Below, one piece after another: positions 47,784 to 57,661 of a stretch of DNA of 64,000 bases. A model generated the notes under the pieces. That model did not search any database. It was not told the DNA's origin and was given only the letters and a program-made list of their open reading frames with translations. This DNA is from Myxococcota bacterium (lineage in GTDB: Bacteria > Myxococcota_A > UBA9042 > PHBI01 > JAWLBL01). Made by a program: the position numbers and the translations under genes. The stretch spans positions 128,001 to 192,000 of the forward strand of contig JAWLBL010000014.1 of the NCBI GenBank assembly GCA_041687695.1, read 5' to 3'. Each line of letters opens with the position of its first letter. Position 1 is the first letter of the stretch.

Positions 47784-48524
47784 ATGCGGCGGCCAGGGCG
47801 GACAATCGGGTGGAGCCTCGCGCTCGTCGGGGCCATGGCGGCCTGCGAGGCCGACCAGGGGCGGCCGCTGGACCTCGACGCGCTCGACGCCAAGACCTTC
47901 GACGTCGAGGTGGCGGCCGACCCGGGCCCGGCGGACGACGCTTCGGACGACGTCGCGACGGACGCGCCCGCGCCGGCCGACACGGTGACCGACGACGGGG
48001 CGCCCCAGGACGTCGGCGGCGACGACGGGGCCGACGCTGCGGCCGATGTGGCCGACGCCGTGACCGACACCGTCGATGCCGACGCCGCGGACGCCCAAGA
48101 CGTCGCGCCGGACGCCCAGCCGCCGCCCCCGCCGCCCCAGGGCGGGGCCGCGCTGCAGGCCTGGCTCGAGGCGGGGCACTACCTGTCCTGGGCCGCGGAG
48201 TCGGCCCCGCACGCCTCGACGGGCCCCCACTTCGGCAAGGTGCGCACCTTCGTGAACGCGCCGCTCGAGGCGTCGCTCGCCGCCGGGGCCGCCGCCCACC
48301 CCGCGGGCGCGGCCGCCGTCAAGGAGCTGTACGGCAGCGGCGACACCGTCGCGGGCTGGGCCGTCGCCGTGAAGCTGCAGGCCGCGAGCGCCCTGGGCGA
48401 GGGCTGGCACTGGTACGAGCGCTACCAGGGGTCGACCTACGCCGACGCCGCGGGCGCCGGGCTGTGCACGGGTTGCCATTCGGCCGGAAAGGACTTCATC
48501 CTGACGCCCAGCCCCCTGAAGTAG
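47784..48524 (+). CDS. Lipoprotein with an acidic linker and a C-terminal cytochrome P460-like domain
   Basis: Lipobox MAAC; Asp/Ala-rich linker; GAAAVKELY, AVAVK, GWHWYE, CTGCH...DFI. Confidence 0.7.
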   Translation: MRRPGRTIGWSLALVGAMAACEADQGRPLDLDALDAKTFDVEVAADPGPADDASDDVATDAPAPADTVTDDGAPQDVGGDDGADAAADVADAVTDTVDADAADAQDVAPDAQPPPPPPQGGAALQAWLEAGHYLSWAAESAPHASTGPHFGKVRTFVNAPLEASLAAGAAAHPAGAAAVKELYGSGDTVAGWAVAVKLQAASALGEGWHWYERYQGSTYADAAGAGLCTGCHSAGKDFILTPSPLK

Positions 48525-48591
48525 CCGCGCCGACGGGCCGGACGGACCGCCCCACGGAATCGGCCCCGGCCCCCGCCCGTTCGGAGCCGAC

Positions 48592-49344
48592 ATGCCCGCC
48601 CCAGACCACGCCCTGACGCAGGCCGCCGAGCGCCTGCGCGCCGCCTCGCGCGTCCTCGTCATCACCGGCGCCGGCATCTCCGCCGAGTCCGGCATCCCGG
48701 TCTTCCGCGGCGCCGGCGGCCTGTGGGAGGGCTTCCGCGCCGAGGAGCTGGCCACGCCCGAGGCCTTCGAGGCCGACCCGGCCCGCGTGTGGCGCTGGTA
48801 CCGCTGGCGCCGCGAGCAGTACGCGCCCTGCCCGCCCAACGCCGGCCACGCGGTCATCGCCGCCATGGAGGCCGCCTACCCCGAGTTCCTGCTCGCGACG
48901 CAGAACGTCGACGGCCTGCACCGGCGCGCGGGCAACCGGCGCCTGGTCGAGCTGCACGGCACCATCGCCGAGATGCGCTGCACGCGCTGCGAGCGCCTGG
49001 CGCCCTTCCCCGACGCCCCGGCGGAGGGCGACCCCGTCCCGCGCTGCGCCCACTGCGGCGCGATGATGCGCCCGCACATCCTGTGGTTCGGCGAGACCTA
49101 CTGGCCCGGGGTCCTCGAGACCGCCACCGAAGCCGCCGAGCGCGCCGAGGTGGCCCTGGTCGTCGGCACCTCGGCCCAGGTCTGGCCGCCGGTCGCCCTC
49201 GCCCTGCACGCCAAGCGCTCAGGCGCCTTCCTCGTCGACGTGAACCCCGACGCGACCCAGCTGTCGCGCGCCGCCGACGTCCACCTCGCCGGCCCGGCCG
49301 GCGCCATCCTGCCCGACCTGTGGCAATCGGTCGGGCGCTCGTGA
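48592..49344 (+). CDS. cobB: NAD-dependent protein deacylase (class III sirtuin)
   Basis: GAGISAESGIP, WYRWR (YxxR), TQNVDGLH, ELHG, two CxxC, GTS. Confidence 0.92.
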   Translation: MPAPDHALTQAAERLRAASRVLVITGAGISAESGIPVFRGAGGLWEGFRAEELATPEAFEADPARVWRWYRWRREQYAPCPPNAGHAVIAAMEAAYPEFLLATQNVDGLHRRAGNRRLVELHGTIAEMRCTRCERLAPFPDAPAEGDPVPRCAHCGAMMRPHILWFGETYWPGVLETATEAAERAEVALVVGTSAQVWPPVALALHAKRSGAFLVDVNPDATQLSRAADVHLAGPAGAILPDLWQSVGRS

Positions 49345-49352
49345 GGCCCTCC

Positions 49353-52300
49353 ATGCGCGTCCTGCTCTGCGCCGCCCTCGTCCTGGCCGCCTGCGGCCGC
49401 TCCGACCAGGCGCCCGCGCCGGCGTCGAGCCAGCCCAAGGCCGTGCCCCCCAGCGCCGCCAGCGGCCCGCCCACCGGATCGGTGGCCAGCGGCTCGACCG
49501 GCGCCGGCCCGTCGAAGGCCGCCAGCACGGCGACCGACCCCGGCCCGGTCTTCCAGCACGCCTCCGGGCAGCGCGAGGTGCTGCGCGGCGAGCCCGTGAC
49601 CCTGCCGGGCCGCGTGACGGTCACCGACGGGCATGCCTACGTCGTCGCCGACGTGCCCGCGGGCACCTTCGCTGCTTCCGGCGCGGGCGGCGACCCGGCC
49701 CTGACGGGCGGACGGCTGTTCGTCGACGGCCCGACGCGCGGGGCCGCCGCCCTGGGCCGCGACGGCGACTTCGGCGCGGCGGTGCGGCGCGTCGGCGTCC
49801 GCCTGGTGACCGACCAGGCGCCCGACCGAGTCGTCCTGCAGGGCTACCTGCCCGAGACCGGCGACGGTCACGGCGCCTTCACGGCCCGCGCCGTCACGCT
49901 CTCGCCCCTGACGCCCGCCAGCGACCCCGCCGAGGCCCGCCGCACCTTCTTCCGCGATCTGGCGGCCGACCTGACGGGGCTCGGCGACCAGGGCTGGTTC
50001 GACGGCGCGCGGCCCTTCTACGCCTTCGCGGCCGCCCGCGCGCGGCTCATGGCCGGCGACGCCGGGGCCGCCGCCGGTGAGCCGCGCCCCACGCGGCGGG
50101 GCGAGCTGGCCGACATGATGCGCCTGTACACCGGCGTCACCTCGGTCGACGAGGCGCTGCAGGCCGATCGCGGCCTGCGCCTGCGCGGCGATCCCGCCGC
50201 CGCCCGGACCGTCCCGCTGGCCGACGTCCCGGGCGTCGCCCTGGCGCCCCACCCGTGGGAGCAGATCATCGCCGGCCTCGGCCAGCCGGTCGTCGAGCCG
50301 ATGGCCTCGGCCATTCCGGACGGGCTGCTCTACGCCCACTTCCACGATCTGCGCACGGCCGTGAAGCTCATGGCCGACGTCGACCAGTGGCTGACGCCCT
50401 TCGCGCAGGCCGCCGAGGGCCGCGCCGGGACGACCCACCTCACCGAGCGCTACGAGCGGCAGCTGATGATCGAGCGCCTGGGGCTGGCCGAGCGACTGGG
50501 CCATCTGGCCGCGTCGGGCTTCGCCCTGGTCGCCGGCGACCCCTTCTTCCGCGAGGGCACCGACGTGGCGCTGGTCTTCCAGGTCCGCCAGCGGCCGCTG
50601 CTGGTGGGCGCCCTCGAGACCTACGAGGCCCGCGCCCGCGCCACCCGGCCGGACGCGACCGAGACGACCTACACGCTCGCCGGCCGCACGGTCCGCCGGG
50701 TGGCCACCGCCGACCGCGCCATCGACCAGCACCGGCTCGAGCTGGGCGACCGCCTGGTCCTCGCCAACAGCCGCGCCATGGTGGAGCGCTTCGTCGCCGT
50801 CGCAGACGGCCAGGCGCCCTCGCTCGCCGCGGCGGGCGACTTCCGCGCCATGCGCGCCTCGTATCCGTTCGCCCCCGAGTCCGAGGACGGCTTCCTCTTC
50901 ATCGGCGACCGCTTCGTCGCCGACGCCGTGTCGCCGCGGACCAAGATCCTGCAGGCGCGCCGCATGGACGCCGCGGCCGACCTCGCCGCGGTCGGCTACG
51001 CCGCGCTGCTGTACGGCTGGCTCGAGGGCCGCCCCGCGGCGGGCGCCGACGCGCTGGTCGCGGCGGGCCTGCTCGACCGCTCCGAGCTGAAGCACGCCGA
51101 CGGCACGCCCATCACCCTCGACCCCGCGACCGGCCCGCGCTCGACGACCTGGGGCCGCCCGGCCGCGCTGACGCCGCTGGCCGAGCTGACGCTCGATCGG
51201 GTGACGCCGGCCGAGCGCGACGCCTACGCGGCCTTCCGCGACAGCTACCAGAGCTACTGGCGCACCTTCATCGACCCCATCGCCGTCCGCCTGGTCCGCG
51301 GCCAGGACGGCCGCTCGCTGACCGCCGACGCGCGCATGCTGCCGCTCATCGCCCAGAGCGACTACGACGAGCTGGTCGACACGGTGGGCAAGGCCCGCGT
51401 CCGCCCCGCCCGGCTCGACGCCGAGGGCCCCGCCGGCGCGGGCCTGGAATGGACGCTGGCCATCGGCGAGGACGCGCGCCTCCGCCGCGAGCTCGACCGC
51501 ATCGGAGGCTTGATGGGCGCCCGCGACGTCGGCTTCGGCTGGCTCGGCCGCTGGGTGGCCCTCGGCGCGGCCGACCGGGCGGGGTTGTGGGACCTGGCGC
51601 TCGCCACGGGCGCGGTCCCCGAGCTGCGCGACGACCGCCGCCGCTTCGACGAGGACGACCCGAACACGTGGCGCGCCCTGTCGCGGCTGCCCATCCACGT
51701 CGCGGCCGAGGTCGGCAACCCGCTGGCGCTGGCGTCGACCCTGACGGCCCTGCGCGCCATGGCCAGCGGGGCCGCGCCCGGGCTGATCGACTGGGGCGAG
51801 GTCGGCAAGCACCGCGACGTCCCCATCGTCGGGATCCAGGCGGCGAAGACCGCGTCGGACCTGCCGCCCGGGGCGGCCGACGTGGTCCTGCACTACGCCA
51901 CGGCCAAGAACGTCTGGGTCGCCGCCCTCGATCGGCCGACGCTCGAGCAGCAGATCGACCGGGTGCTGGACGGCCAGGCCACCCGCCGTGTCGAGACGGG
52001 CGACGCCGACGCTCCTCAGGCTGCGCTGCAGGTAGCGCCGCGCGCCGGCGGCTATCTGGGGCGCGTGCTGTTGGGGCTCGCCGAGGCGTCGCTGCGGCGG
52101 GGGCTCCATGCTGCATTGCGAGATACCGAGGCGCTGGCCCGCGGGCTGGGCGGCCTGCCGACCGATCCGGCGGCGCGTCGGGCGGCCGCCCTGGGTTACC
52201 TGGGGTACGAGCCGATGCTCGCCCAGGGCGGCGAGTTCGCGATGGATCCCCGCGGGTTCGCGACCCACGCTCGCTACGGCTCCGAGATCGCGCCCGCCTA

Positions 52301-52436
52301 CCCGCCTGTCCCGGTGCCCGACGCGCCCCTGACGCGCCTCGTCGACGCGCTCGCGCGGGTCTCGGCGGGCCTCGCCTTCGAGGGTGAGGGCGACACGCGG
52401 GGGCTGCGGGTCTGGTTCGAGTGGCTGCGGCGCTGA
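49353..52436 (+). CDS. Large hypothetical lipoprotein (about 1027 aa)
   Basis: Lipobox LAAC after ATG 49353; long GC3-biased ORF; no motif recognised. Confidence 0.75.
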   Translation: MRVLLCAALVLAACGRSDQAPAPASSQPKAVPPSAASGPPTGSVASGSTGAGPSKAASTATDPGPVFQHASGQREVLRGEPVTLPGRVTVTDGHAYVVADVPAGTFAASGAGGDPALTGGRLFVDGPTRGAAALGRDGDFGAAVRRVGVRLVTDQAPDRVVLQGYLPETGDGHGAFTARAVTLSPLTPASDPAEARRTFFRDLAADLTGLGDQGWFDGARPFYAFAAARARLMAGDAGAAAGEPRPTRRGELADMMRLYTGVTSVDEALQADRGLRLRGDPAAARTVPLADVPGVALAPHPWEQIIAGLGQPVVEPMASAIPDGLLYAHFHDLRTAVKLMADVDQWLTPFAQAAEGRAGTTHLTERYERQLMIERLGLAERLGHLAASGFALVAGDPFFREGTDVALVFQVRQRPLLVGALETYEARARATRPDATETTYTLAGRTVRRVATADRAIDQHRLELGDRLVLANSRAMVERFVAVADGQAPSLAAAGDFRAMRASYPFAPESEDGFLFIGDRFVADAVSPRTKILQARRMDAAADLAAVGYAALLYGWLEGRPAAGADALVAAGLLDRSELKHADGTPITLDPATGPRSTTWGRPAALTPLAELTLDRVTPAERDAYAAFRDSYQSYWRTFIDPIAVRLVRGQDGRSLTADARMLPLIAQSDYDELVDTVGKARVRPARLDAEGPAGAGLEWTLAIGEDARLRRELDRIGGLMGARDVGFGWLGRWVALGAADRAGLWDLALATGAVPELRDDRRRFDEDDPNTWRALSRLPIHVAAEVGNPLALASTLTALRAMASGAAPGLIDWGEVGKHRDVPIVGIQAAKTASDLPPGAADVVLHYATAKNVWVAALDRPTLEQQIDRVLDGQATRRVETGDADAPQAALQVAPRAGGYLGRVLLGLAEASLRRGLHAALRDTEALARGLGGLPTDPAARRAAALGYLGYEPMLAQGGEFAMDPRGFATHARYGSEIAPAYPPVPVPDAPLTRLVDALARVSAGLAFEGEGDTRGLRVWFEWLRR

Positions 52437-53251
52437 GGCCGGGCGCCTGGGGCGCGCTCCGCAGCCTCGGCTGGCGCTCCGAGGCCATGCTGGTCGCGCT
52501 GGACGGTCAGGTGCGGGCGCGCCGCGGCTACGTCGCCCTGGCGCGGCCCGCCCTCCCCGACGACGCCTGGCACAACCTGCTGGTCATGCGTCGGCCGCCT
52601 CGCCGGGGCGACCTGGGGCGCTGGGTGGTCGCCTTCGAGCGCGAGCTGGGCGGGCCGCGCGGCACCCGCCACCTGGCCTTCGGGTGGGACAGCCCGACGG
52701 GGCGGCTCGGGGCCCTGGGGCCGCTCCGCGAGGCCGGCTTCGCCATTGTGCAGTGCAGCGTCCATGTCGCGCGCTCGCTGCCGCCGCCCAGGCAGGTCGC
52801 CGACGGCGTCGCGCTGCGTCCGCTCGCCGGCGACGCGGACTGGGCGGCCGCCGTGGCCCTGCAAGCGCACGGCGCCCCCGCCGACCTCGCCGGCGTCGAC
52901 GCCTTCCGCGATCTGGCGCTTCGGCGCTTCGCGCGCTTCCGGAGCCTGGCTGAGGGCGGGTTGGGCGCGGTCTGGGGCGCCTTCGACGCGGGGCGGCTCG
53001 TATCGGCCTGCGGCATCTTCGGGGCCGAGGGATTGGCCCGTTATCAGGCCGTGGTGACGCACCGCGAGCACCGCGGGCGGGGCCTGGCGGGTCGGGTGCT
53101 GCGGGCGGCCGGCGCGTGGGCCGGGCGGGCGCTGGGCGCGCGCACCATGGTGATCACGGCCGAGCTGGGATCGCCGGCGGCCCGGCTGTACGGGCGCATA
53201 GGGCTGACCGCCGTCGAGGGCATGGTCGGGGTGGTGCGGCCGCCCGGCTGA
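52421..53251 (+). CDS. GNAT family N-acetyltransferase
   Basis: VVTHREHRGRGLA acetyl-CoA motif; ARLYGRIGL. Confidence 0.85.
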   Translation: MAAALRPGAWGALRSLGWRSEAMLVALDGQVRARRGYVALARPALPDDAWHNLLVMRRPPRRGDLGRWVVAFERELGGPRGTRHLAFGWDSPTGRLGALGPLREAGFAIVQCSVHVARSLPPPRQVADGVALRPLAGDADWAAAVALQAHGAPADLAGVDAFRDLALRRFARFRSLAEGGLGAVWGAFDAGRLVSACGIFGAEGLARYQAVVTHREHRGRGLAGRVLRAAGAWAGRALGARTMVITAELGSPAARLYGRIGLTAVEGMVGVVRPPG

Positions 53252-53255
53252 GCCC

Positions 53256-54458
53256 TCAGGCGCGCAGCAGGCCGGCCACGGCGGCGGCGAGCGCCTCCAT
53301 CTGGGCGCGGCTGTTGTAGGCCTGGGCCGAGACGCGCAGGACCCGCTGGCGGCCCGAGGGCCAGCGGGTCACGGGGACCTCGATGGCGTGCTCGGCGAGC
53401 AGGCGGTCCTGCAGCGGGTCGTTGGGCAGGGGGCCGTCGGGGGCGCCCGCGTCGGCTGGCAGCGGGAGCGAGGCCATCGCCCCGAGCATCGCGTCGGGCG
53501 CGGGCGGGCGCAGCGCGAGCGCCTCGCAGAGCAGGTTGCGCGCGTCCAGCGCCAGCGCTCGGTTGGCGTGGTAGAGGGCCGGCCAGCCGCCGTCGAGCAG
53601 GCCGCCCAGGAAGTCCAGGGCGGCGGGGATGGCCAGGAACGGCGTCGGGTCGGCGGTGCCGGTCCAGTCCATCTCGAGGTGGAAGCGCGAGGCGCGCGTG
53701 GCCGGGGCGGTGGCGCCGTGGCTGGTCACGAGGGGGCGCAGGTCGGCGCGGCGATCGGCGCGCACGTGCAGGAAACCGGCGCCCTTGGGGGCGCACAGCC
53801 ACTTGTGGGCGTTGCCGGTGTAGTAGGCGGCGCCGAGGGCGGCGAGGTCGAGGGGCCGCTGGCCGGGGGCGTGGGCGCCGTCGACGAGGGTGTCGACGCC
53901 GCGCTCGGCCAGCAGCGGCACGAGGCGCTCGACCGGGAGGACCAGGGCCGTGGGGCTGGTCACGTGGTCGATGAGGGCGAGGCGGGTCTGGGGGCCGACG
54001 GCGCCGAGGACGGCGTCGACGACCGCGTCGGGCCCGGAGAGCGGGAACGGGACGCGCGCGACGACGAGGCGGGCGCCGGCGCGGGCGGCGGCGCGGGCGA
54101 GGGCGTTGCGGCAGGCGCCGTAGACGTGGTCGGTCGTGAGCAGCTCGTCGCCGGGGGCGAGGGGCAGCGAGGCGAGGACCGTGTTGACGCCGGTGGTGGC
54201 GTTGGGGACGAAGGCGAGGCCGGCGGGGTCGGCGTTGAGGAAGGCGGCGAGCCGCTGCCGGGCCGCGTCGAGGAGCCCCTGGTAGTCGCGGTGGAAGAAC
54301 TGGACCGGCTGGCGCTCGAGGCGGGCGCGGAGCTCGGACTGGGCGGCCAGGACCGGGATGGGGCAGGCGCCGTAGGAGCCGTGGTTGAGGAAGGTGACGG
54401 CCGGGTCGAGCGTCCAGTGGGCCGCGAGGGGGCTGGGCGGCGGCGGGGCGGCGGGCAT
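53256..54458 (-). CDS. PLP-dependent class V aminotransferase (CefD/EgtE-like)
   Basis: [49 protein letters not shown]. Confidence 0.9.
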   Translation of the reverse strand: MPAAPPPPSPLAAHWTLDPAVTFLNHGSYGACPIPVLAAQSELRARLERQPVQFFHRDYQGLLDAARQRLAAFLNADPAGLAFVPNATTGVNTVLASLPLAPGDELLTTDHVYGACRNALARAAARAGARLVVARVPFPLSGPDAVVDAVLGAVGPQTRLALIDHVTSPTALVLPVERLVPLLAERGVDTLVDGAHAPGQRPLDLAALGAAYYTGNAHKWLCAPKGAGFLHVRADRRADLRPLVTSHGATAPATRASRFHLEMDWTGTADPTPFLAIPAALDFLGGLLDGGWPALYHANRALALDARNLLCEALALRPPAPDAMLGAMASLPLPADAGAPDGPLPNDPLQDRLLAEHAIEVPVTRWPSGRQRVLRVSAQAYNSRAQMEALAAAVAGLLRA

Positions 54459-54543
54459 CGGGGCCTCCGGGGCGCGGGTCGGAGCCCGAGCATAGTCGGG
54501 GCGGGCGGAGGAGCACGAGGGCGGGGGCGAGGCCGGGGGCATG

Positions 54544-54640
54544 ACGTGGCCGTGGCGATGGCCGTGACCGGGGCCGGGGCCGGGGCCGGGGCCGGGGCCG
54601 TGACAGTGGCCGGGGCCGGGGCCGGGGCCGTAACCACGGG
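54544..54640. repeat. Hexamer-periodic GGGGCC tract
   Basis: (GGGGCC)x5 at 54570-54599 and x3 at 54612-54629, flanked by GTGGCC/GTGACC variants. Confidence 0.85.
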
Positions 54641-54683
54641 GTCAGGGATGGGCGGCGCCGCCCCGTGTGGTATGAGGGAGGCG

Positions 54684-55367
54684 ATGGGCGAGCCCGAAAA
54701 GCCGACGGTGGTCTTCCTGCATGGCCTGGGGCGCACGCACCGCTCGATGGCGGGGCTGCGCAAGGCGGTCGAGCAGGCGGGGTACCGGACCTGGGCCCGG
54801 ACCTACCCGTCGCGCCGACGGTCCATCGACGACCTGGCCCGCACGGTGGCGGGGTGGATCGCCGAGGAGCTGCCCGGCGAGCCCCTCGTGGCGGTCACGC
54901 ACTCGCTGGGCGGCATCCTGGTGCGGCACATGCCCGAGCTGCCCTGGCGCGGCGTCGTCATGCTGGCCCCGCCGAACGCCGGCAGCCGCGTCGCCCGCGC
55001 CCTGCGCGACAACGGCCTGTTCCGCTGGTACTTCGGCCCCGCCGGCCAGCAGGTCTGCGACGCGACGGCCTGGCCGCTGCCCGAGGGCGTCCCGGTCGCG
55101 GTCATCGCCGGCACCGCGGGCGCCACCGTGGGCAACCCGACCAGCTGGCTCTCCCAGGGCCTCATGCGGCTGCTGCCGCCCGACGAGCCCCACGACGGCA
55201 CGGTCGCGGTCTGCGAGACCCGCCTGCCCACCGAGATCGCCTTCGCCACCGTCCCCGCGAGCCACACGTGGATCATGGACCACCCCGAGACCCGCGCGCA
55301 CGTGCTCGCGCTGCTCGAGACGCTGGATGGCGAGCGCCCGCTCGGCCGCTCGGGTTCTCAACGATGA
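54684..55367 (+). CDS. Alpha/beta hydrolase (lipase/esterase-like)
   Basis: FLHGLGR, THSLGG, LAPPNAGS, HDGTV, HTWIM. Confidence 0.88.
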   Translation: MGEPEKPTVVFLHGLGRTHRSMAGLRKAVEQAGYRTWARTYPSRRRSIDDLARTVAGWIAEELPGEPLVAVTHSLGGILVRHMPELPWRGVVMLAPPNAGSRVARALRDNGLFRWYFGPAGQQVCDATAWPLPEGVPVAVIAGTAGATVGNPTSWLSQGLMRLLPPDEPHDGTVAVCETRLPTEIAFATVPASHTWIMDHPETRAHVLALLETLDGERPLGRSGSQR

Positions 55368-55471
55368 CGCGGAGTTCGGCTTTGAAAAGCCTTGAACCCA
55401 CAGGGCGGTCCGGCTAGGGTCCACGCCCTCCCTGCACACCACACGTGCGCCATCCGAGGGGGTCTACAGTC

Positions 55472-56476
55472 ATGCGCTTCATCGAGACGGCCTCGGCGCC
55501 GTCGTTCGCTCGGCTCCGTTCGCGCTACGTCCGCCTCGCCCTCGCCGGCCTCGCGGCGTCGCTCGCGGTCGGCTGCGGCAACGCCAACTTCGTCCGCAAC
55601 GACGGCGTGCCCACCTACAAGCGTCTGCCGCCGGGCTACGAGATCAAGGTGGTCGACACGACGGCCGATCTGCCGCAGCCCAACGCGGTGGTCGGCACGC
55701 TGAAGGTGTCCTTCTCGTCGGCCGACGAGCAGCGCGACAAGGCGGCCGCCATCTTCAAGCAGCACGCGCCGCACTACGGCTGCGACGCGGTCAGCGGCAT
55801 GACCGTCAAGGCCGAGACCCGCTCGCAGACGGCAGGGGTCCAGAACAAGAAGGACGCCAAGCCGATCGTCACGACCGTCTTCCACTGGCAGGGCCAGTGC
55901 GTCCGGACGGCCGAGGCGCCCGGAGGGCTCGGCGCCATCGGGCCGGCGACGGTGGTCCAGCCGACCCCCGCGAACGGCGGCGTCACGCAGCCGCTGACCA
56001 ACCCGGTGCCCGTGGGGACCGAGGCGCCGGCCGACGCCCCCAAGCCCATCGGCGGGCGCGCGCAAGAGCTCTGGGGCCGCCTGGGCGTCTACGCGCCGGC
56101 CTACCTGCAGAAGTGGCGCGAGCCCCTGTCCAAGCCGGCCACCTCGCACGTCGAGGTCATCGAGGTGCTGGTCGAGCTGATGGTCCAGGTGACCGGGCCG
56201 ACGGGCTTTTGGCGCAACACCGTCCCCAACCAGTGGATGGGCTGCCAGAGCGACCCCAAGGCCGAGGGCTGCGTCAAGCTGGCCAAGGCCAAGAAGGACC
56301 TCGACGCCTGGGACCGGATGTTCCAGCAGATGGGCCAGCTCACGGCCGCCACGGCCGGGCCTTGGTTGAACGCGAACCACGGCCGCGTCCTCGAGTACCT
56401 CGACACGATGGTGCCCGAGACGCCCAGCAGCACGGCCATGATGCAGACGAAGTTCTTCGAGAAGCACCTCAAGTAG
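55472..56476 (+). CDS. Hypothetical lipoprotein
   Basis: Lipobox AVGC; N-terminal domain ending YGCDAV, Pro/Thr linker, helical C-terminal domain. Confidence 0.7.
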   Translation: MRFIETASAPSFARLRSRYVRLALAGLAASLAVGCGNANFVRNDGVPTYKRLPPGYEIKVVDTTADLPQPNAVVGTLKVSFSSADEQRDKAAAIFKQHAPHYGCDAVSGMTVKAETRSQTAGVQNKKDAKPIVTTVFHWQGQCVRTAEAPGGLGAIGPATVVQPTPANGGVTQPLTNPVPVGTEAPADAPKPIGGRAQELWGRLGVYAPAYLQKWREPLSKPATSHVEVIEVLVELMVQVTGPTGFWRNTVPNQWMGCQSDPKAEGCVKLAKAKKDLDAWDRMFQQMGQLTAATAGPWLNANHGRVLEYLDTMVPETPSSTAMMQTKFFEKHLK

Positions 56477-56539
56477 CGGTAGGCTGGCCCGTACCCTGCC
56501 CCCCCCCCGCGCACCGACACCGACCCGACGAGGCTGCCC

Positions 56540-57502
56540 ATGGCGGACGTGAAGAAGCTCGAGCTGCTCGCCAGCGCCAGCGTCGGCACCCTCGTCGAAC
56601 GCGCCAGCGACCCCGGGGCCACGCTCCGGGCGCTAGAGGGCAAGCTAGAGGCCGGCCTGGCCGAGGCCGAGGCCGCCGTGGTGGCCCTGCCCGAGCGGCT
56701 CGAGGCGCTCGAGGCGCGGCTCGAGGCCGAGCGGACCACGGCCGCCAAGTGCGACGCGATCGTCGCCAAGAGCGAGGCGGACGGCCGGCCCGAGCTGGCG
56801 CGCGCCGCCCAGGAGCGCAAGGCGCGGGCCCTCGAGGCCGCGAGCGCCGTCGAGCGCGACATCGCCGAGGCGCAGAGCGACGGCGGTCGGCTCGACGCCC
56901 TGCTTCCCGCCCTCGAGGAGCGCCTGGAGGACGTCCGCGCGCGCCTGGCCGAGCTGCCGACGGCGCCAGCAACGGACCTGGACGCTGGCCCGGCGGGACT
57001 CACGGCCACCTACCAAGGGCGCGACGTCTCGGGTGTGTCGAACGCGCGACCGTCCCCCGCGCCCGAGCCCGAGGGAGCCGGCGCAGGCGGCGATGACGGC
57101 GACGACGCCGACTGGGAAAACGAGCTGGCGGCCCTGATGTCCAGCATGGGGGTCGCGCCCACGCCCAGCGCGCCCAGCGCCGGCGAGGACGAGGACGACG
57201 ACCCGATGGCCGGCATCCCGAGCCTGGTCGAGGTCCCCGAGGACGCCCTGCCCGAGGGCGAGGAGCTGCCTCCCGAGCCGAAGGCCGCCCCGGCCGCGCC
57301 CGCCAAGGCCCAGGCGCCCGCCGTCGTGCAGGGCAAGGGCCCGCAGCCCCCGGCCCCCGCCGGAAAGGGTGCGGCGCCCGCCGCCAAGGCCGCGGCCAAG
57401 CCGCCCGCCGAACGCAAGGGGGGCGGCGCCGGCCTCTGGGTGACCCTCGCGCTGCTCGCCGCGGCCGCCGCCGCCGTCTGGTGGTTCCTGCTCCGGACCT
57501 GA
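56540..57502 (+). CDS. PspA/IM30-like coiled-coil protein with a C-terminal transmembrane anchor
   Basis: DPGATLR, GRPELARAA, WENELAALMSSMG; acidic/Pro-Ala linker; terminal hydrophobic helix. Confidence 0.6.
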   Translation: MADVKKLELLASASVGTLVERASDPGATLRALEGKLEAGLAEAEAAVVALPERLEALEARLEAERTTAAKCDAIVAKSEADGRPELARAAQERKARALEAASAVERDIAEAQSDGGRLDALLPALEERLEDVRARLAELPTAPATDLDAGPAGLTATYQGRDVSGVSNARPSPAPEPEGAGAGGDDGDDADWENELAALMSSMGVAPTPSAPSAGEDEDDDPMAGIPSLVEVPEDALPEGEELPPEPKAAPAAPAKAQAPAVVQGKGPQPPAPAGKGAAPAAKAAAKPPAERKGGGAGLWVTLALLAAAAAAVWWFLLRT

Positions 57503-57661
57503 GCTCCGGTCGCGGCACGCGCCCGATCCCAGGCCGCGGGCTCAGGCGCCCCGGCGGGCGCTTCGAACCCCCGTCGTTACGGCAGCCTCCGACGCGACCC
57601 GCACCGCGACTTGGGCCCCCGGCCCGGCCGTGCGAGCGTCGCCGAATCCCGGAGGCCTCCC

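Noticed and set aside
48592..49344. Sirtuin as an anti-phage SIR2 effector
   Set aside because: Canonical zinc-binding CobB with YxxR; no defence partner genes
53256..54458. Beta-lactam or ergothioneine biosynthetic cluster
   Set aside because: Isolated class V enzyme; no pcbAB/pcbC or egtB/egtD in the window
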